From Patescibacteria group bacterium (GTDB lineage: Bacteria; Patescibacteriota; Patescibacteriia; UBA9934): 64,000 bases of DNA. The notes beneath the pieces are model-generated. The model was given only the letters and a program-made list of their open reading frames with translations. It made no database searches and had not been told where the DNA came from. The DNA is taken from positions 70,507 through 134,506 of the forward strand of contig JBBTSM010000002.1 of NCBI GenBank assembly GCA_038064675.1. Reading direction: 5' to 3'. Shown piece by piece: positions 38,162 through 47,908 of this stretch; the stretch's first letter is position 1, and the number at the start of each line of letters is the position of its first letter. Made by a program: the position numbers and the translations under genes.

Positions 38162-39004
38162 ATGAATCTTCGCTCACGTTCACTCGCAGCGTTCGCGATG
38201 TTTGGCCTTCTTCTTGGTCTTGTTCCTTCTGCATTTGTTCGTGCAGATTCTCTCGTTGCAGGGCCCGGTCCGGGGGATTTGATTCGTGGAACGTCATTTT
38301 CGGCTGTGTATTATTTGGGTGAAGATGGATTCCGTTATGTTTTTCCAAATGATAAAACATACTTTACGTGGTACGAGAACTTTTATCAGGTCATGACCAT
38401 CAGTGATGCGGATCTTGCAAAGATTCAGATGGGTGGAAATGTGACATATAAACCAGGAGTAAAGATGATCAAAATTAATTCTGATCCAAAAACATACTTT
38501 GTTGGACAGGGTGGTACATTACATTGGGTTCCGGATGAAGCGACTGCAATAACAGTATATGGCGGTAGCTGGAATACAACGATTGACGATGTACCGGATG
38601 GTTTTTTTGGGAACTACACCATTGGCGATGCGTGGGCAGCTTCTGATACTGACGCGTGGAATTCACTGACAGCGAGTCGAATAGAGGGCGGGGTGATCTC
38701 CATTGGTGACGACAAGGAACTTATTGCATATAGCTCGGTGAATATCATGGATATGCAGTTTGTGGATGTGGCTGAAGGTACTGGTTCGGTGACGACTATT
38801 TTTCCTGGCCAGACTGTTCGGTGGATCAATAACGACTCTGTGAACCACACCGCAACAGCAGAAGATAATAGTTGGGGAACGGGAACAATGGCTCCGGGCG
38901 TCACTTTTGTTCGCCGTTTTGATACGGCTGGAATCTACACCTATCACTGCAGCTATCACCCAGAAATGACCGGAACGATCGTGGTTACGGCTGGAGAGGA
39001 ATAA
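38162..39004 (+). CDS. secreted protein with a C-terminal cupredoxin (type-1 copper) domain
   Basis: signal peptide MNLRSRSLAAFAMFGLLLGLVPSAFVRA; C-terminal H(N)HTA...YTYHCSYHPEMTG gives a His/Cys/His/Met ligand pattern. Confidence 0.65.
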   Translation: MNLRSRSLAAFAMFGLLLGLVPSAFVRADSLVAGPGPGDLIRGTSFSAVYYLGEDGFRYVFPNDKTYFTWYENFYQVMTISDADLAKIQMGGNVTYKPGVKMIKINSDPKTYFVGQGGTLHWVPDEATAITVYGGSWNTTIDDVPDGFFGNYTIGDAWAASDTDAWNSLTASRIEGGVISIGDDKELIAYSSVNIMDMQFVDVAEGTGSVTTIFPGQTVRWINNDSVNHTATAEDNSWGTGTMAPGVTFVRRFDTAGIYTYHCSYHPEMTGTIVVTAGEE

Positions 39005-39033
39005 AGGAGGAACAAAGCGCTATTTCGCTAAGA

Positions 39034-39057
39034 AGAGCCAAGAAACTGGCTCTTTTT
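39034..39057 (+). terminator. rho-independent terminator (AGAGCCAG..CTGGCTCT + TTTTT)
   Basis: directly after the cupredoxin gene stop. Confidence 0.55.
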
Positions 39058-39059
39058 GG

Positions 39060-39088
39060 TTGACAAAAGCGCTATTTTCTGCTATATT
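39060..39088 (+). promoter_or_regulatory. consensus-like sigma70 promoter TTGACA-N17-TATATT
   Basis: exact -35 hexamer, 17-nt spacer, 5/6 -10; 60 nt upstream of lipoprotein gene 39148. Confidence 0.5.
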
Positions 39089-39147
39089 TCTTGGTTCGGT
39101 TGTGCGTTTCTGCCCTATTCCTTGACCTTCCAACCCAGGCAATCGTC

Positions 39148-39795
39148 ATGCTCGCAGCTCTTCTTCTCGCGTGTTCTTCCAATCTGGCCGATTCCGTCAG
39201 CTCTGATATCGAGATCGACTCTGCTTCTGAGAGCGAGATCGAGGTCACGTACGTCGAGCCGGAGTGCTACGAGCTCGATCTCGAGAACGGTGGCACCGCG
39301 TGCTACGGCACGCGTCCGTACTTCACGATGAACAACGGGTTCATGGTTGCGGTGGAGGAAGCGGCTGTCGTGGTCTGGACGATGAACGTCCGGGCTGCGG
39401 CGGAGGGCTGGGTGGAGATCAACAACCTCAACCTCGCGCTCTCGTTCGCCGATATGTCCGGCTCCGGCTGGACCGACGAGGTGATGGATCGATTGAGCTA
39501 CACCGACCAGAATGGCGACGAGCACGGGATTGGGGTGATGAACTCCAATCCGAGCGGTAAGTCGCTTGTGATCGGTGAAGCGGTCGGTAGCCAGGGCAAT
39601 CTCGCGGTTCCCCGCGTTGGCCCCGCCGAGTCCGCGATGCTGACGTTCACGCTCGACGTGGACGGGCTCGATCTCTGCGACGGTGACACCGTCGGTCTTG
39701 GCACGCTCAACTACCAGACCTGGTCTGGGAACGACGCGTCGTCCATGACGACCGCGTTCGGCGCCATGACCGGCACCACGTTCTACTTCCCGTGA
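39148..39795 (+). CDS. lipoprotein (lipobox LLLACSS), GC-rich foreign-looking gene
   Basis: MLAALLLACSSN signal plus lipobox; G+C is visibly about 60% or more; GC3-rich codons. Confidence 0.55.
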   Translation: MLAALLLACSSNLADSVSSDIEIDSASESEIEVTYVEPECYELDLENGGTACYGTRPYFTMNNGFMVAVEEAAVVVWTMNVRAAAEGWVEINNLNLALSFADMSGSGWTDEVMDRLSYTDQNGDEHGIGVMNSNPSGKSLVIGEAVGSQGNLAVPRVGPAESAMLTFTLDVDGLDLCDGDTVGLGTLNYQTWSGNDASSMTTAFGAMTGTTFYFP

Positions 39796-39901
39796 ACTCA
39801 CGGCCCGGTTCTCCCACGCGGAGGACCGGAGCCCATCACTCCGCAGGATCGAATGCGATCGTGCTGAATGACGGGCAACCCCGCCCACTGTGAGGTGTTT
39901 T

Positions 39902-40264
39902 ATGCGTTCCATTGCGTTTCTGCTCGGATTCCTTCTGCTGTGCTCCACGTCGTTTGTCGGGTGCTCGGCCCGTCTCTTCACGGACTGGCCGAACGACGGC
40001 ATCCAGGTGGCGCAGTCCACCACGGCGACGGTCCTCGGTTACTCGAGGACTGTGAGCTGCGGGATGGTCGAGGGTGAGGACGACGCCCACTGGAGCTGGA
40101 ACTGTAGTCTGTTCCGTCCGATTCGGCTCACGCCGTATCGAAAGATGTTCGTCGATGATCGGCTGAAGCCTCTCGCCTGGCTCGGCTCGATCAAGCTCGA
40201 GCTGATCGTGGCCATGCTCCTGATCTTTTGGGGCATGGGCGGCAAGAAGCCCGACGCAGCGTGA
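39902..40264 (+). CDS. small lipoprotein (lipobox LLLCSTS), GC-rich
   Basis: MRSIAFLLGFLLLCSTSFVGCSA; the same compositional island. Confidence 0.5.
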   Translation: MRSIAFLLGFLLLCSTSFVGCSARLFTDWPNDGIQVAQSTTATVLGYSRTVSCGMVEGEDDAHWSWNCSLFRPIRLTPYRKMFVDDRLKPLAWLGSIKLELIVAMLLIFWGMGGKKPDAA

Positions 40265-40279
40265 CGCTGTTCGTACGCA

Positions 40280-40315
40280 GTCGCCCGGAAGAGTCGCTCT
40301 TCGGGCGACTTTTCT
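40280..40315 (+). terminator. rho-independent terminator (GTCGCCCG..CGGGCGAC + TTTTCTGTTTG)
   Basis: directly after lipoprotein 39902-40264. Confidence 0.55.
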
Positions 40316-40329
40316 GTTTGTTTGTTACA

Positions 40330-41049
40330 ATGGCACATATGTCATTTTCGGTGGAACAGGAGGGATTTTCCGGGCCGTTGGCGCTTCTGCTTGAGGTTAT
40401 CGAGGGGAAGAATTTGCCGATTACCAAGGTTTCGTTGGCAAAGGTTGCTGATGAGTACTTGGCCTATCTTGAAACGCACGACGTGCCGAGCGACGAGCTG
40501 GCCGACTTTTTGGTGATCGCCGCGCGCCTTATCTATCTCAAGAGTTGCGAGCTGATGCCGTATCTTCGAATTGACGAGGAAGACGCGGCTGCGGCAAAAC
40601 TTGAGGATCAACTTCGGCTGTATCAAGAGTTTGTTGCTGCTGCCGTCAAACTTGAAGAGCGTTACATGGTGAAGGCGATGTTTGTAAGGCCGACGGTGAG
40701 AGAGAGGGCAGGGGGCAAAGGGCAAAGGTTCTTGCCGGCGAGGAACATTTCCATCGATACATTGCGCGATGCGTTTGGTTCGATTTTGAAACGGCTCGAG
40801 CCATTCTTCACGTTGCAAGAAACGTCGATGGAACGAACGAAATCGGTGGAGGAACGGATTGACGAGCTCAAGTCTGTCCTTGAGACCCGAGCGAATCTTC
40901 GTTTCCGCGACGTGATTGCGGGCGCCGGAACCAAGAGGGAAGTTGTGGTAAGCTTTTTGGCGTTGTTGGAGTTGCTTCGTCGCAGACATCTCACCGCAAA
41001 ACAAGAATCGCACGGAACTGAAATCCATCTTGAGCGCCTAGACGTATGA
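40330..41049 (+). CDS. scpA: segregation and condensation protein A (kleisin)
   Basis: N-terminal FSGPLALLLEVIEGKNLPITKVSLAKVADEYL, C-terminal winged helix; paired with scpB. Confidence 0.8.
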   Translation: MAHMSFSVEQEGFSGPLALLLEVIEGKNLPITKVSLAKVADEYLAYLETHDVPSDELADFLVIAARLIYLKSCELMPYLRIDEEDAAAAKLEDQLRLYQEFVAAAVKLEERYMVKAMFVRPTVRERAGGKGQRFLPARNISIDTLRDAFGSILKRLEPFFTLQETSMERTKSVEERIDELKSVLETRANLRFRDVIAGAGTKREVVVSFLALLELLRRRHLTAKQESHGTEIHLERLDV

Positions 41050-41606
41050 CCGAATTGTCCGCAAAAATCGAAGCGATTCTCTTTGTGAGCTCGAAGCCAA
41101 TTTCGATGAAGTTTTTGGCGAATGCATGTTCGTGCCAGATCGACGAAGCGACTGCGGCGGTCGATGAGCTCGCGTTGATGAGAAATGCTGAAGATTCCGG
41201 CATTCACGTCGTCATTGGCGACGAGGGAATTACACTCGCCACAAATCCATCATTCGCGTCCACAATCGAGAACTTGTCGAAGGAAGATATTGAATCGGAA
41301 CTCACCCGGCCATCGCTCGAAACTCTGACGATTGTTGCGTATCGTGGACCGATTACGAAACCGGAAATTGAGGCGATTCGCGGAATCAATTGCACGCTGA
41401 TTCTTCGAAACCTCCTCATGCGAGGACTCGTGGACGAGAATGAGGACGCAGTAAAACTTCAGCCGGTGTACAGCCTTACGAATGATGCGTTGCGATATCT
41501 TGGGTTGCATAATGTCAACGAGCTCGCTGATTATGCTGATCTTCACGGTAATACAAAGATTGATGCATTGCTTTCTGCGCTAACGACCGAATCATCGGAC
41601 GTATGA
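41046..41606 (+). CDS. scpB: segregation and condensation protein B
   Basis: tandem winged-helix IEAILFVSSKPIS...TLTIVAYRGPITKPEIEAIRG. Confidence 0.8.
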   Translation: MTELSAKIEAILFVSSKPISMKFLANACSCQIDEATAAVDELALMRNAEDSGIHVVIGDEGITLATNPSFASTIENLSKEDIESELTRPSLETLTIVAYRGPITKPEIEAIRGINCTLILRNLLMRGLVDENEDAVKLQPVYSLTNDALRYLGLHNVNELADYADLHGNTKIDALLSALTTESSDV

Positions 41607-42577
41607 TTTCTCGCGTCGTCGCACAAATGTTTCTCGCGTTTACTGTGCTCCGGATTCTTCCGGTTGATGCGGCAAATCTTGAATGGAAAATCGGCATTCC
41701 TACTGCGCCAGAGGCACTCGCTGCGCCGCTGTTTTCGTTAACATCGGCGCCGATTACGTTGCCGGTTGCGGAGAGTCGATTCCTGCCGCCAAAAAAGACC
41801 GATCTTTCCAGTTACGGCGTTGTCACCGATGCGCAGAGTGTGTTTGTTGCCGATACAGAGAGCGGTGCTGCATTGTTCGCGAAGAATGCGGATGATGTGC
41901 GAGCAATCGGGAGCATTACGAAGTTGATGACGGCGATTGTGTTTCTCGACACCAAACCCGATCTCGACTCGTGGGTGAAAATTGTCGATGATGATTACGT
42001 TGGGGGAGCAATCGTGCACTTGAACTTCAACGATGGCATTCGGCTTCGTGATGTGCTCGGTGCAAGTATTGTAGGATCAGACAACACGGCAACAAAGGCA
42101 TTGTCGAGATTGTCTGGAATGTCGTACGACGACTTCATTGTTGCGATGAATGTGAAGGCGGAGACGCTGGGCATGACATCGACCGCGTTTACTGAAGTAA
42201 CAGGAATTGATAGTGCCAATGTCTCAACGGCGCGCGATTTGATGTTGTTGCTTCGTGAGGCGGAGCGATCGGATGAGCTCGTCACGTTTATGACGTCGGA
42301 TCATCTTTCCGTTCGTCATATAAGCGGTGCGGCATTTATAGTGCAGTCGACAGATGCGCTTTTTGATTCGATGCTCGATAAGAAACCGTACATGATTACT
42401 GGTGGAAAGACCGGATATATTCCGGAAGCTGGGTATTGTTTTATTACCACGGTTGACCATGATGGGGATGAGGTGTTCGTTGCTGTGCTGGGAGCACACT
42501 CGAAACTTGATCGGTTTAATGACGCGAAGGCGCTTGCAGTTTGGTCCTTCAATACTTTTACCTGGCCGCAGCTATGA
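41603..42577 (+). CDS. dacC: D-alanyl-D-alanine carboxypeptidase (peptidase S11, PBP5/6-like)
   Basis: SITK (SxxK), SDN and KTG motifs at the correct spacing; N-terminal signal/anchor. Confidence 0.75.
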   Translation: MISRVVAQMFLAFTVLRILPVDAANLEWKIGIPTAPEALAAPLFSLTSAPITLPVAESRFLPPKKTDLSSYGVVTDAQSVFVADTESGAALFAKNADDVRAIGSITKLMTAIVFLDTKPDLDSWVKIVDDDYVGGAIVHLNFNDGIRLRDVLGASIVGSDNTATKALSRLSGMSYDDFIVAMNVKAETLGMTSTAFTEVTGIDSANVSTARDLMLLLREAERSDELVTFMTSDHLSVRHISGAAFIVQSTDALFDSMLDKKPYMITGGKTGYIPEAGYCFITTVDHDGDEVFVAVLGAHSKLDRFNDAKALAVWSFNTFTWPQL

Positions 42578-43071
42578 TCGTGGAAGCGCTTTTTTCTTGG
42601 GCATCGTCAGTTCCACCTTGGCTCGCAACCATCGTGCTTTCTGCGTTGCCAGTTACCGAGGCGCAGCTCGCTATTCCGGTAGCGGTTCTCTCGTGGAAGA
42701 TCCATCCGGCACTGGTGTATGCATTGGCGATGTTCGGGAATGCCTTGCCGATCGTTCCAATTTTCTTTGGCTTTACTGCACTTCGTTCGTGGGCAGAGCG
42801 TTATGCGCAGTGGAGCGTGAAGTGGCTCGATCGTCTTGTTGCACGAGCGCATCGGAAATTTGGTGCGGATTTTGATAAATATGGCGTCCTTGGCCTTATT
42901 GCCTTCATGGCGATTCCTTTTCCGGGAACTGGAGTATGGACCGCCGTCTTGGCTGCGGTGGCATTGAAACTTCCTTGGCGACAAGCAATTCCGGCGATCT
43001 TTTGCGGAATGCTGCTGGTTGGAGCAATCGTGATCACGATTACGCTGGCGGGCGGTTCGATTGTTCGATAA
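42574..43071 (+). CDS. small polytopic membrane protein (COG2426 / putative small multidrug-export-like)
   Basis: four predicted TM helices, ATGA overlap with the dacC stop. Confidence 0.4.
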   Translation: MIVEALFSWASSVPPWLATIVLSALPVTEAQLAIPVAVLSWKIHPALVYALAMFGNALPIVPIFFGFTALRSWAERYAQWSVKWLDRLVARAHRKFGADFDKYGVLGLIAFMAIPFPGTGVWTAVLAAVALKLPWRQAIPAIFCGMLLVGAIVITITLAGGSIVR

Positions 43072-43076
43072 GAAAA

Positions 43077-43117
43077 GAAAACATCCGTCGCTCCTATTGT
43101 GGAACGACGGATGTTTT
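43077..43117. terminator. bidirectional terminator AAAACATCCGTCG..CGACGGATGTTTTTT between convergent genes
   Basis: perfect stem flanked by A-run and T-run. Confidence 0.6.
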
Positions 43118-43582
43118 TTAAATGTGTTTCAGGAGAAGTGCCACGAAGATCGCTTGGCCGACGAGAGCGTACTGGAGCTTCACGTCTCCGTGTTTGCGAG
43201 AGAAGAAGTCGTGGAAGAAGAAATGGACTTTGCAGAACATCCGGAGTGCTTTGGTGTGGAAAATGTCGCTCAGTCCAACAAGGAGGTCTGGAAGGATGCT
43301 TCCACCGATCGCTGCGGCAAAGGCGAGGTGCGTGGCGTCTGTTCGTACAAGGAACACCGCCATTACCATGTACATCGCCACGACGCCGTCTACCATCACA
43401 TACGCCACGGCAAGCTTTCGGCGTTTCTTGTGGATGCGGAACAGGTCGGCAAGCTGGTTGTCCCCATGGGGAATCATGTCTACCAGGAAATGCGACGCGG
43501 CTCCAAGGCCGAAGCCAAGGACCGGATTTCCGACCGCGCTACCGATTGCAGCGCCGATGGCCGCGTGGGTTGTAAGCGTCAT
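43118..43582 (-). CDS. membrane-bound metal-dependent hydrolase-like protein (DUF457/YdjM-like)
   Basis: N-terminal MTLTTHAAIGAAIG... and a later ILPDL motif typical of DUF457. Confidence 0.45.
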   Translation of the reverse strand: MTLTTHAAIGAAIGSAVGNPVLGFGLGAASHFLVDMIPHGDNQLADLFRIHKKRRKLAVAYVMVDGVVAMYMVMAVFLVRTDATHLAFAAAIGGSILPDLLVGLSDIFHTKALRMFCKVHFFFHDFFSRKHGDVKLQYALVGQAIFVALLLKHI

Positions 43583-43701
43583 AATGCCGGTATGATAGCA
43601 CAGATTGGGATTCTTGGGCAGGTTTAATGGAACTTATTGGCTAATACTAGAGAAGAATATGTTCAGAAATTCAAAACGACCCCAATGGCTTGGGATCGTT
43701 T

Positions 43702-43778
43702 TGGTGGATGTTGGTGGGTTCGAACCACCGACCTCTGTCGTGTGAGGACAGCGCTCTAACCAGCTGAGCTAAACATCC
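43702..43778 (-). tRNA. tRNA-Val (anticodon CAC), CCA encoded
   Basis: cloverleaf GGATGTT/AACATCC acceptor, anticodon loop CUCACAC, T-loop GGTTCGAAC. Confidence 0.85.
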
Positions 43779-43779
43779 G

Positions 43780-44049
43780 AAAATGTACCCAAGTTCACCG
43801 ATTGCGTTGTCGCTTCTGCGGTCCTCGTTCAACGTACACATGAAGTACGTTTCACTCCGGTCCTCGCCGCTCCTAGCACTCGGCGAACTTAGTACATTTT
43901 CGAACAGAACTGATCGATCTGACGAGAACTTCACCAATTTAGACTAGTTTCGGTGCGCTAGGAGCAAAGTTCGCGAGGCGTACCTAGATGTACGTTGAGC
44001 GAACTTGCGACGCAGCAAGCCGAAAATAGGCAAATTGGTGAAGTTCTCG
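43780..44049. repeat. 270-bp spacer between the two tRNA genes, built from imperfect inverted repeat arms of about 100 nt (plus ACGAGAACTTCACCAATTT in both orientations)
   Basis: the arm 43790-43900 aligns with the reverse complement of 43945-44050 (shared TCAACGTACA, GCTCCTAGC, TTCACC blocks). Confidence 0.5.
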
Positions 44050-44135
44050 TGGTGCCGCGGGAGGGACTCGAACCCTCAATCCCTTGCGAGAAACGGATTT
44101 TGAGTCCGTCGCGTATACCATTCCGCCACCGCGGC
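44050..44135 (-). tRNA. tRNA-Leu (anticodon CAA), long variable arm, CCA encoded
   Basis: GCCGCGG/CCGCGGC acceptor, anticodon loop CUCAAAA, 18-nt variable arm. Confidence 0.85.
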
Positions 44136-44243
44136 CTACGCGAGTGAGAGTCTATCACTCTCGCGAACCACGGGCAAGATCGTTTTGCTCGTTCCCTTAA
44201 TACGGTATACTCTTGGAGAATCTTTCCCTGGTTCGATTTGCCT

Positions 44244-45728
44244 ATGCCGATTGACGAACCGCACATCGACCTTCTGCCAAAACCATCCCCAATTCTTTCC
44301 GAGCGTCAGGCTCGAGCGAAGATTGGAACCGTCACCAAGATGTTGAGTATTGGTGCGGTGTTTTTGGTTGCGGCTGGCGCATTCGTGAGTACGCGCATCG
44401 CCCAGACGACAGCCGAGGGACCGCAGGCGTCGAATGGATTTTCGTTGCTTTCATCGTTGCGGCGACTGGTTGCCGCGCCGGATAAAGCATTGAGCGGTGA
44501 AGATAGCGACCGCATTAATATTTTGCTTCTTGGAATCGGTGGGGCAGGTCACGACGGCCCGGAGCTTACGGATACGATGATCTTCGCGAGCTACAAGCCG
44601 TCCACGAACGACGTTGGGATGATTTCCATTCCTCGCGACCTCACTGTGAATATTCCAAACTACGGGTACAAAAAGATTAACGCCGTGAACGCGTTGGCGG
44701 AAATGAACGCTGATGGATCGGGAATGACTGCGGTAGCGAACACCGTTCACGATATTTTTGGTCAGTCCGTTGATTACACGATTAAGGTAGACTTCCACGG
44801 TTTTGAGGATATCATCGACGACGTTGGCGGCGTGGATGTGTATGTCGATAATTCTTTCACGGACAATACGTATCCAATCGACGATGATTTGGGGAGCGTG
44901 CAAACGGTATCGTTTACTCAGGGTTGGGCAACGATGAACGGAAAGACGGCGTTGGAATACGCTCGGTCGCGCCATGGCGATAACGGTGAAGGATCCGACT
45001 TCGCTCGTGCAGCACGTCAGCAAAAAATCTTACTCGCGCTGAAAGACAAAGCGCTTTCACTGAATGTTCTTTTGAATCCTGCAAAGTTGAATAAGATTCT
45101 TTCCACCATTCGCGACAACGTGCATACCGACATGAGCATTTGGGAAATGATGCGTCTTGCCGAGTACATTCCAAAAATCAACCGTCAGGCGATTGTGATG
45201 CGTGTTCTCGACTCTGCTCCAGGAAGTCCGCTGTACTCCACGATGATCAACGGTGCCTATGTTATTTTGCCGCGGAATGAGGATTGGAGCGACTTGAAAC
45301 TGATCGCTGCGAATATTTTCGATAAGACTGACGTTGCAACGTCGCAGTCTGCGGCGCTTCCAGAAAAGCCATCGTCCACCGACGATGTTCGGATCGAGAT
45401 TCAGAACGGTACAAGCACCACTGGCCTCGCGGCACGAACAGCTGAGCTTCTCGAGAGCTCAGGATTTACGATTGCTGTGGTGAGTAATGCGGACGTTCGA
45501 AACTATCCAAAGACGATGATTTTTGATTACACGAACGGCAAGAAGGCCGAAGAACTTGCTTCGCTTCAGAAATATCTCGATGCCGAGGTAGTCATGACGC
45601 CACAGGGCTATCTTTCATCCGATGCTGTTGTTCCTGATTCGTTAGGATCGGTTCCAGACCGAAGCGGCTCCGATATCGACTTTTTGATCATTATTGGGGA
45701 GAACGGGATGAACTTAGTTATGAGGTAG
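44244..45728 (+). CDS. LytR-CpsA-Psr (LCP) family cell-envelope phosphotransferase with a C-terminal LytR_C domain
   Basis: N-terminal anchor, then an LCP core LLLGIGG...DTMIFASY...ISIPRDL. Confidence 0.8.
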   Translation: MPIDEPHIDLLPKPSPILSERQARAKIGTVTKMLSIGAVFLVAAGAFVSTRIAQTTAEGPQASNGFSLLSSLRRLVAAPDKALSGEDSDRINILLLGIGGAGHDGPELTDTMIFASYKPSTNDVGMISIPRDLTVNIPNYGYKKINAVNALAEMNADGSGMTAVANTVHDIFGQSVDYTIKVDFHGFEDIIDDVGGVDVYVDNSFTDNTYPIDDDLGSVQTVSFTQGWATMNGKTALEYARSRHGDNGEGSDFARAARQQKILLALKDKALSLNVLLNPAKLNKILSTIRDNVHTDMSIWEMMRLAEYIPKINRQAIVMRVLDSAPGSPLYSTMINGAYVILPRNEDWSDLKLIAANIFDKTDVATSQSAALPEKPSSTDDVRIEIQNGTSTTGLAARTAELLESSGFTIAVVSNADVRNYPKTMIFDYTNGKKAEELASLQKYLDAEVVMTPQGYLSSDAVVPDSLGSVPDRSGSDIDFLIIIGENGMNLVMR

Positions 45729-45783
45729 GGCGTTCGATCGACAGGATTGGTGTTCGATGGTAACCTCCGCCTTCTCTTTTCCT

Positions 45784-47160
45784 ATGGCACAGCCCCCAAA
45801 AATTGCGATCATTGGCCGAACGAACGTTGGAAAGTCTTCGCTGTTTAATCGTATGGTCGAAGAGCAGAAGTCGCTCGTCAGCACCGTCGCTGGCACCACG
45901 CGCGATCGTTTTGAGGCAGATTGTGTTTGGCGCGCCCAGGTGATGCGGTTGGTGGATACTGGAGGACTGAACGTGGAGCGTTCCGATGAGATTGAGAAGA
46001 ACATTGTTGAACAGGCGACGATCGCGATTGAAGAATCCGATCTCATCTTCTTTGTTGTGGACATGATGGTTGGCCCAACGCCGGCAGATTTGGATATTGC
46101 AAAGTTGTTGTTTAAGAAAAAGAAGCCGGTGCTCGTGCTTGGCAATAAGGCAGATACTGCGCCGCTTCGTGCGCGAGCCGATGGTAAGGATTGGTTGTCG
46201 TGGCCATTGCCACGTCCGTTGAGCGTTTCGGCAAAACAGGGAAGCGGTGTTGGTGACGTACTCGACGCTGCGCGCGACATGTTGATTACCATCAACAAAC
46301 CGCTACAGGATATTTCGAAGGTTGCAACGATGCGCGTTGCGGTGCTTGGTGAGCCAAACGTGGGAAAGTCGACGCTGTTGAACGCGATGCTTGGCCAGAA
46401 GCGATTCATTACCGCAAACGTTGCGCACACCACGCGCGAACCAAACGATGCGCCGCTTACGCGAAATGATAAGAACTATCTTTTTATTGACACCGCCGGT
46501 ATTCGTCGGAACGCAACAATCCGCAATGCGGGTGTGCATTTGGAAGCCCAGGGCGTGATGCGCACGATTGAAATTTTGAAGGAAACAGACGTTGCGTTGT
46601 TTGTTCTCGACGTGAAAAAAGGAATCACCGCACACGATAAGCACCTTGCCGGAATGCTTGCCGATGCTGGCGTGAGTGTGATCATCGTCGCGAACAAGTG
46701 GGACTTGGTAGAGGCAAAGGGACCGAACACGATTAACGAAGTCGAGCGCTACATGCGTGGCCTGTTGCCACATTTGAAATACGCGCCGATTGTGTTTGTT
46801 TCCGCATTGCACTCTCAGCGAACGAATGTGCTTTTCGATACCATCGATACCGTGTTCCAAAGCCGATTCGTCCACTTGAGTGATGCAGAGACGAAGGCGT
46901 TTATTTCGCAGGCTATTGTGAAGCACAAGCCAAGCAAGGGAAAGGGCGTGAAACATCCTCGTATTACGAGCTTCCATCAGGCTGGCGTGAATCCGCCAAT
47001 GTTCTTGCTTACCGTGAACCTGTCGCGCGAAGATTCGCTTGCCGATTCCTATCTCCGGTTCATTGAAAACATCATGCGCGAAAAGTATCAGTTCTTGGGA
47101 ACGCCAATTCGTATTCGCGTTTCGGCTACGCGCAAGTCGCACACCACGTATGGCGACTAA
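45784..47160 (+). CDS. der: ribosome-biogenesis GTPase Der (EngA), double G-domain
   Basis: two P-loops GRTNVGKSSLFN and GEPNVGKSTLLN plus a KH-like C-terminal domain. Confidence 0.9.
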   Translation: MAQPPKIAIIGRTNVGKSSLFNRMVEEQKSLVSTVAGTTRDRFEADCVWRAQVMRLVDTGGLNVERSDEIEKNIVEQATIAIEESDLIFFVVDMMVGPTPADLDIAKLLFKKKKPVLVLGNKADTAPLRARADGKDWLSWPLPRPLSVSAKQGSGVGDVLDAARDMLITINKPLQDISKVATMRVAVLGEPNVGKSTLLNAMLGQKRFITANVAHTTREPNDAPLTRNDKNYLFIDTAGIRRNATIRNAGVHLEAQGVMRTIEILKETDVALFVLDVKKGITAHDKHLAGMLADAGVSVIIVANKWDLVEAKGPNTINEVERYMRGLLPHLKYAPIVFVSALHSQRTNVLFDTIDTVFQSRFVHLSDAETKAFISQAIVKHKPSKGKGVKHPRITSFHQAGVNPPMFLLTVNLSREDSLADSYLRFIENIMREKYQFLGTPIRIRVSATRKSHTTYGD

Positions 47161-47164
47161 CGTC

Positions 47165-47716
47165 ATGCTCATCATTGGCCTCGGTAACCCGGGGAAGGAC
47201 TACGAACGGACGCGGCACAATGCGGGTTTCATGGTGGTGGACGCATTCGCGAAAGCGAAGGGGTTGAGCTGGAAGCACGAACCAACATTGCGATCCACGA
47301 TTGCGGAGGGAAATACCGACGGGCAAAAAGTGTTGTTGATGAAGCCGACAACATTCATGAATGCCTCTGGTGAAGCGGTGCGATTGGTGATGGATCGATT
47401 TCATATCACTGCAGCGTCGACGATCGTTGTTTCTGATGATGTTGCTCTTGCTCTTGGAACTCTTCGAGTACGATCAGAGGGTGGCGCCGGCGGCCACAAT
47501 GGTTTGAAGTCGATCATCCAACACATCGGCTCCCAAACCTTTTGGCGCATCAAAGTTGGCGTGAATTCACCGCCAGAAAACATTTCTCTGGAAACCTACG
47601 TGCTGAACCGATTCATGAAAGAAGAACACGGTGTGATCGACCGCTCCGTCGCAAAGGCCGTCGAGATCCTCTCGACGATTCCAGAGTCACTGAAAACGAC
47701 AACGTATACGGTGTAG
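47165..47716 (+). CDS. pth: peptidyl-tRNA hydrolase
   Basis: MLIIGLGNPGKDYERTRHNAGF. Confidence 0.9.
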   Translation: MLIIGLGNPGKDYERTRHNAGFMVVDAFAKAKGLSWKHEPTLRSTIAEGNTDGQKVLLMKPTTFMNASGEAVRLVMDRFHITAASTIVVSDDVALALGTLRVRSEGGAGGHNGLKSIIQHIGSQTFWRIKVGVNSPPENISLETYVLNRFMKEEHGVIDRSVAKAVEILSTIPESLKTTTYTV

Positions 47717-47908
47717 TTTTGATCTTGCGACGTTCCGGGTTTTTTGATACGATCTGCTCGATTTTGAAAAGAGAAGGGAAGATGACGGCGACGGTTGAGT
47801 CGAGTTTGGGTGCGTAGCGAGAAAAGCTTTTGAGACGTACTTCTTGGTACGTTGAAAAAGTTTTCGAAGCTACAAGCCCAAAATCGGCCAACCGGTGCTG
47901 TCATCCCT

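Noticed and set aside
39115-40023. 302-aa minus-strand ORF across the GC-rich lipoprotein island
   Set aside because: Arg/Gly/His-rich antisense artifact of high G+C. The plus-strand genes have signal peptides, lipoboxes, a promoter and terminators.
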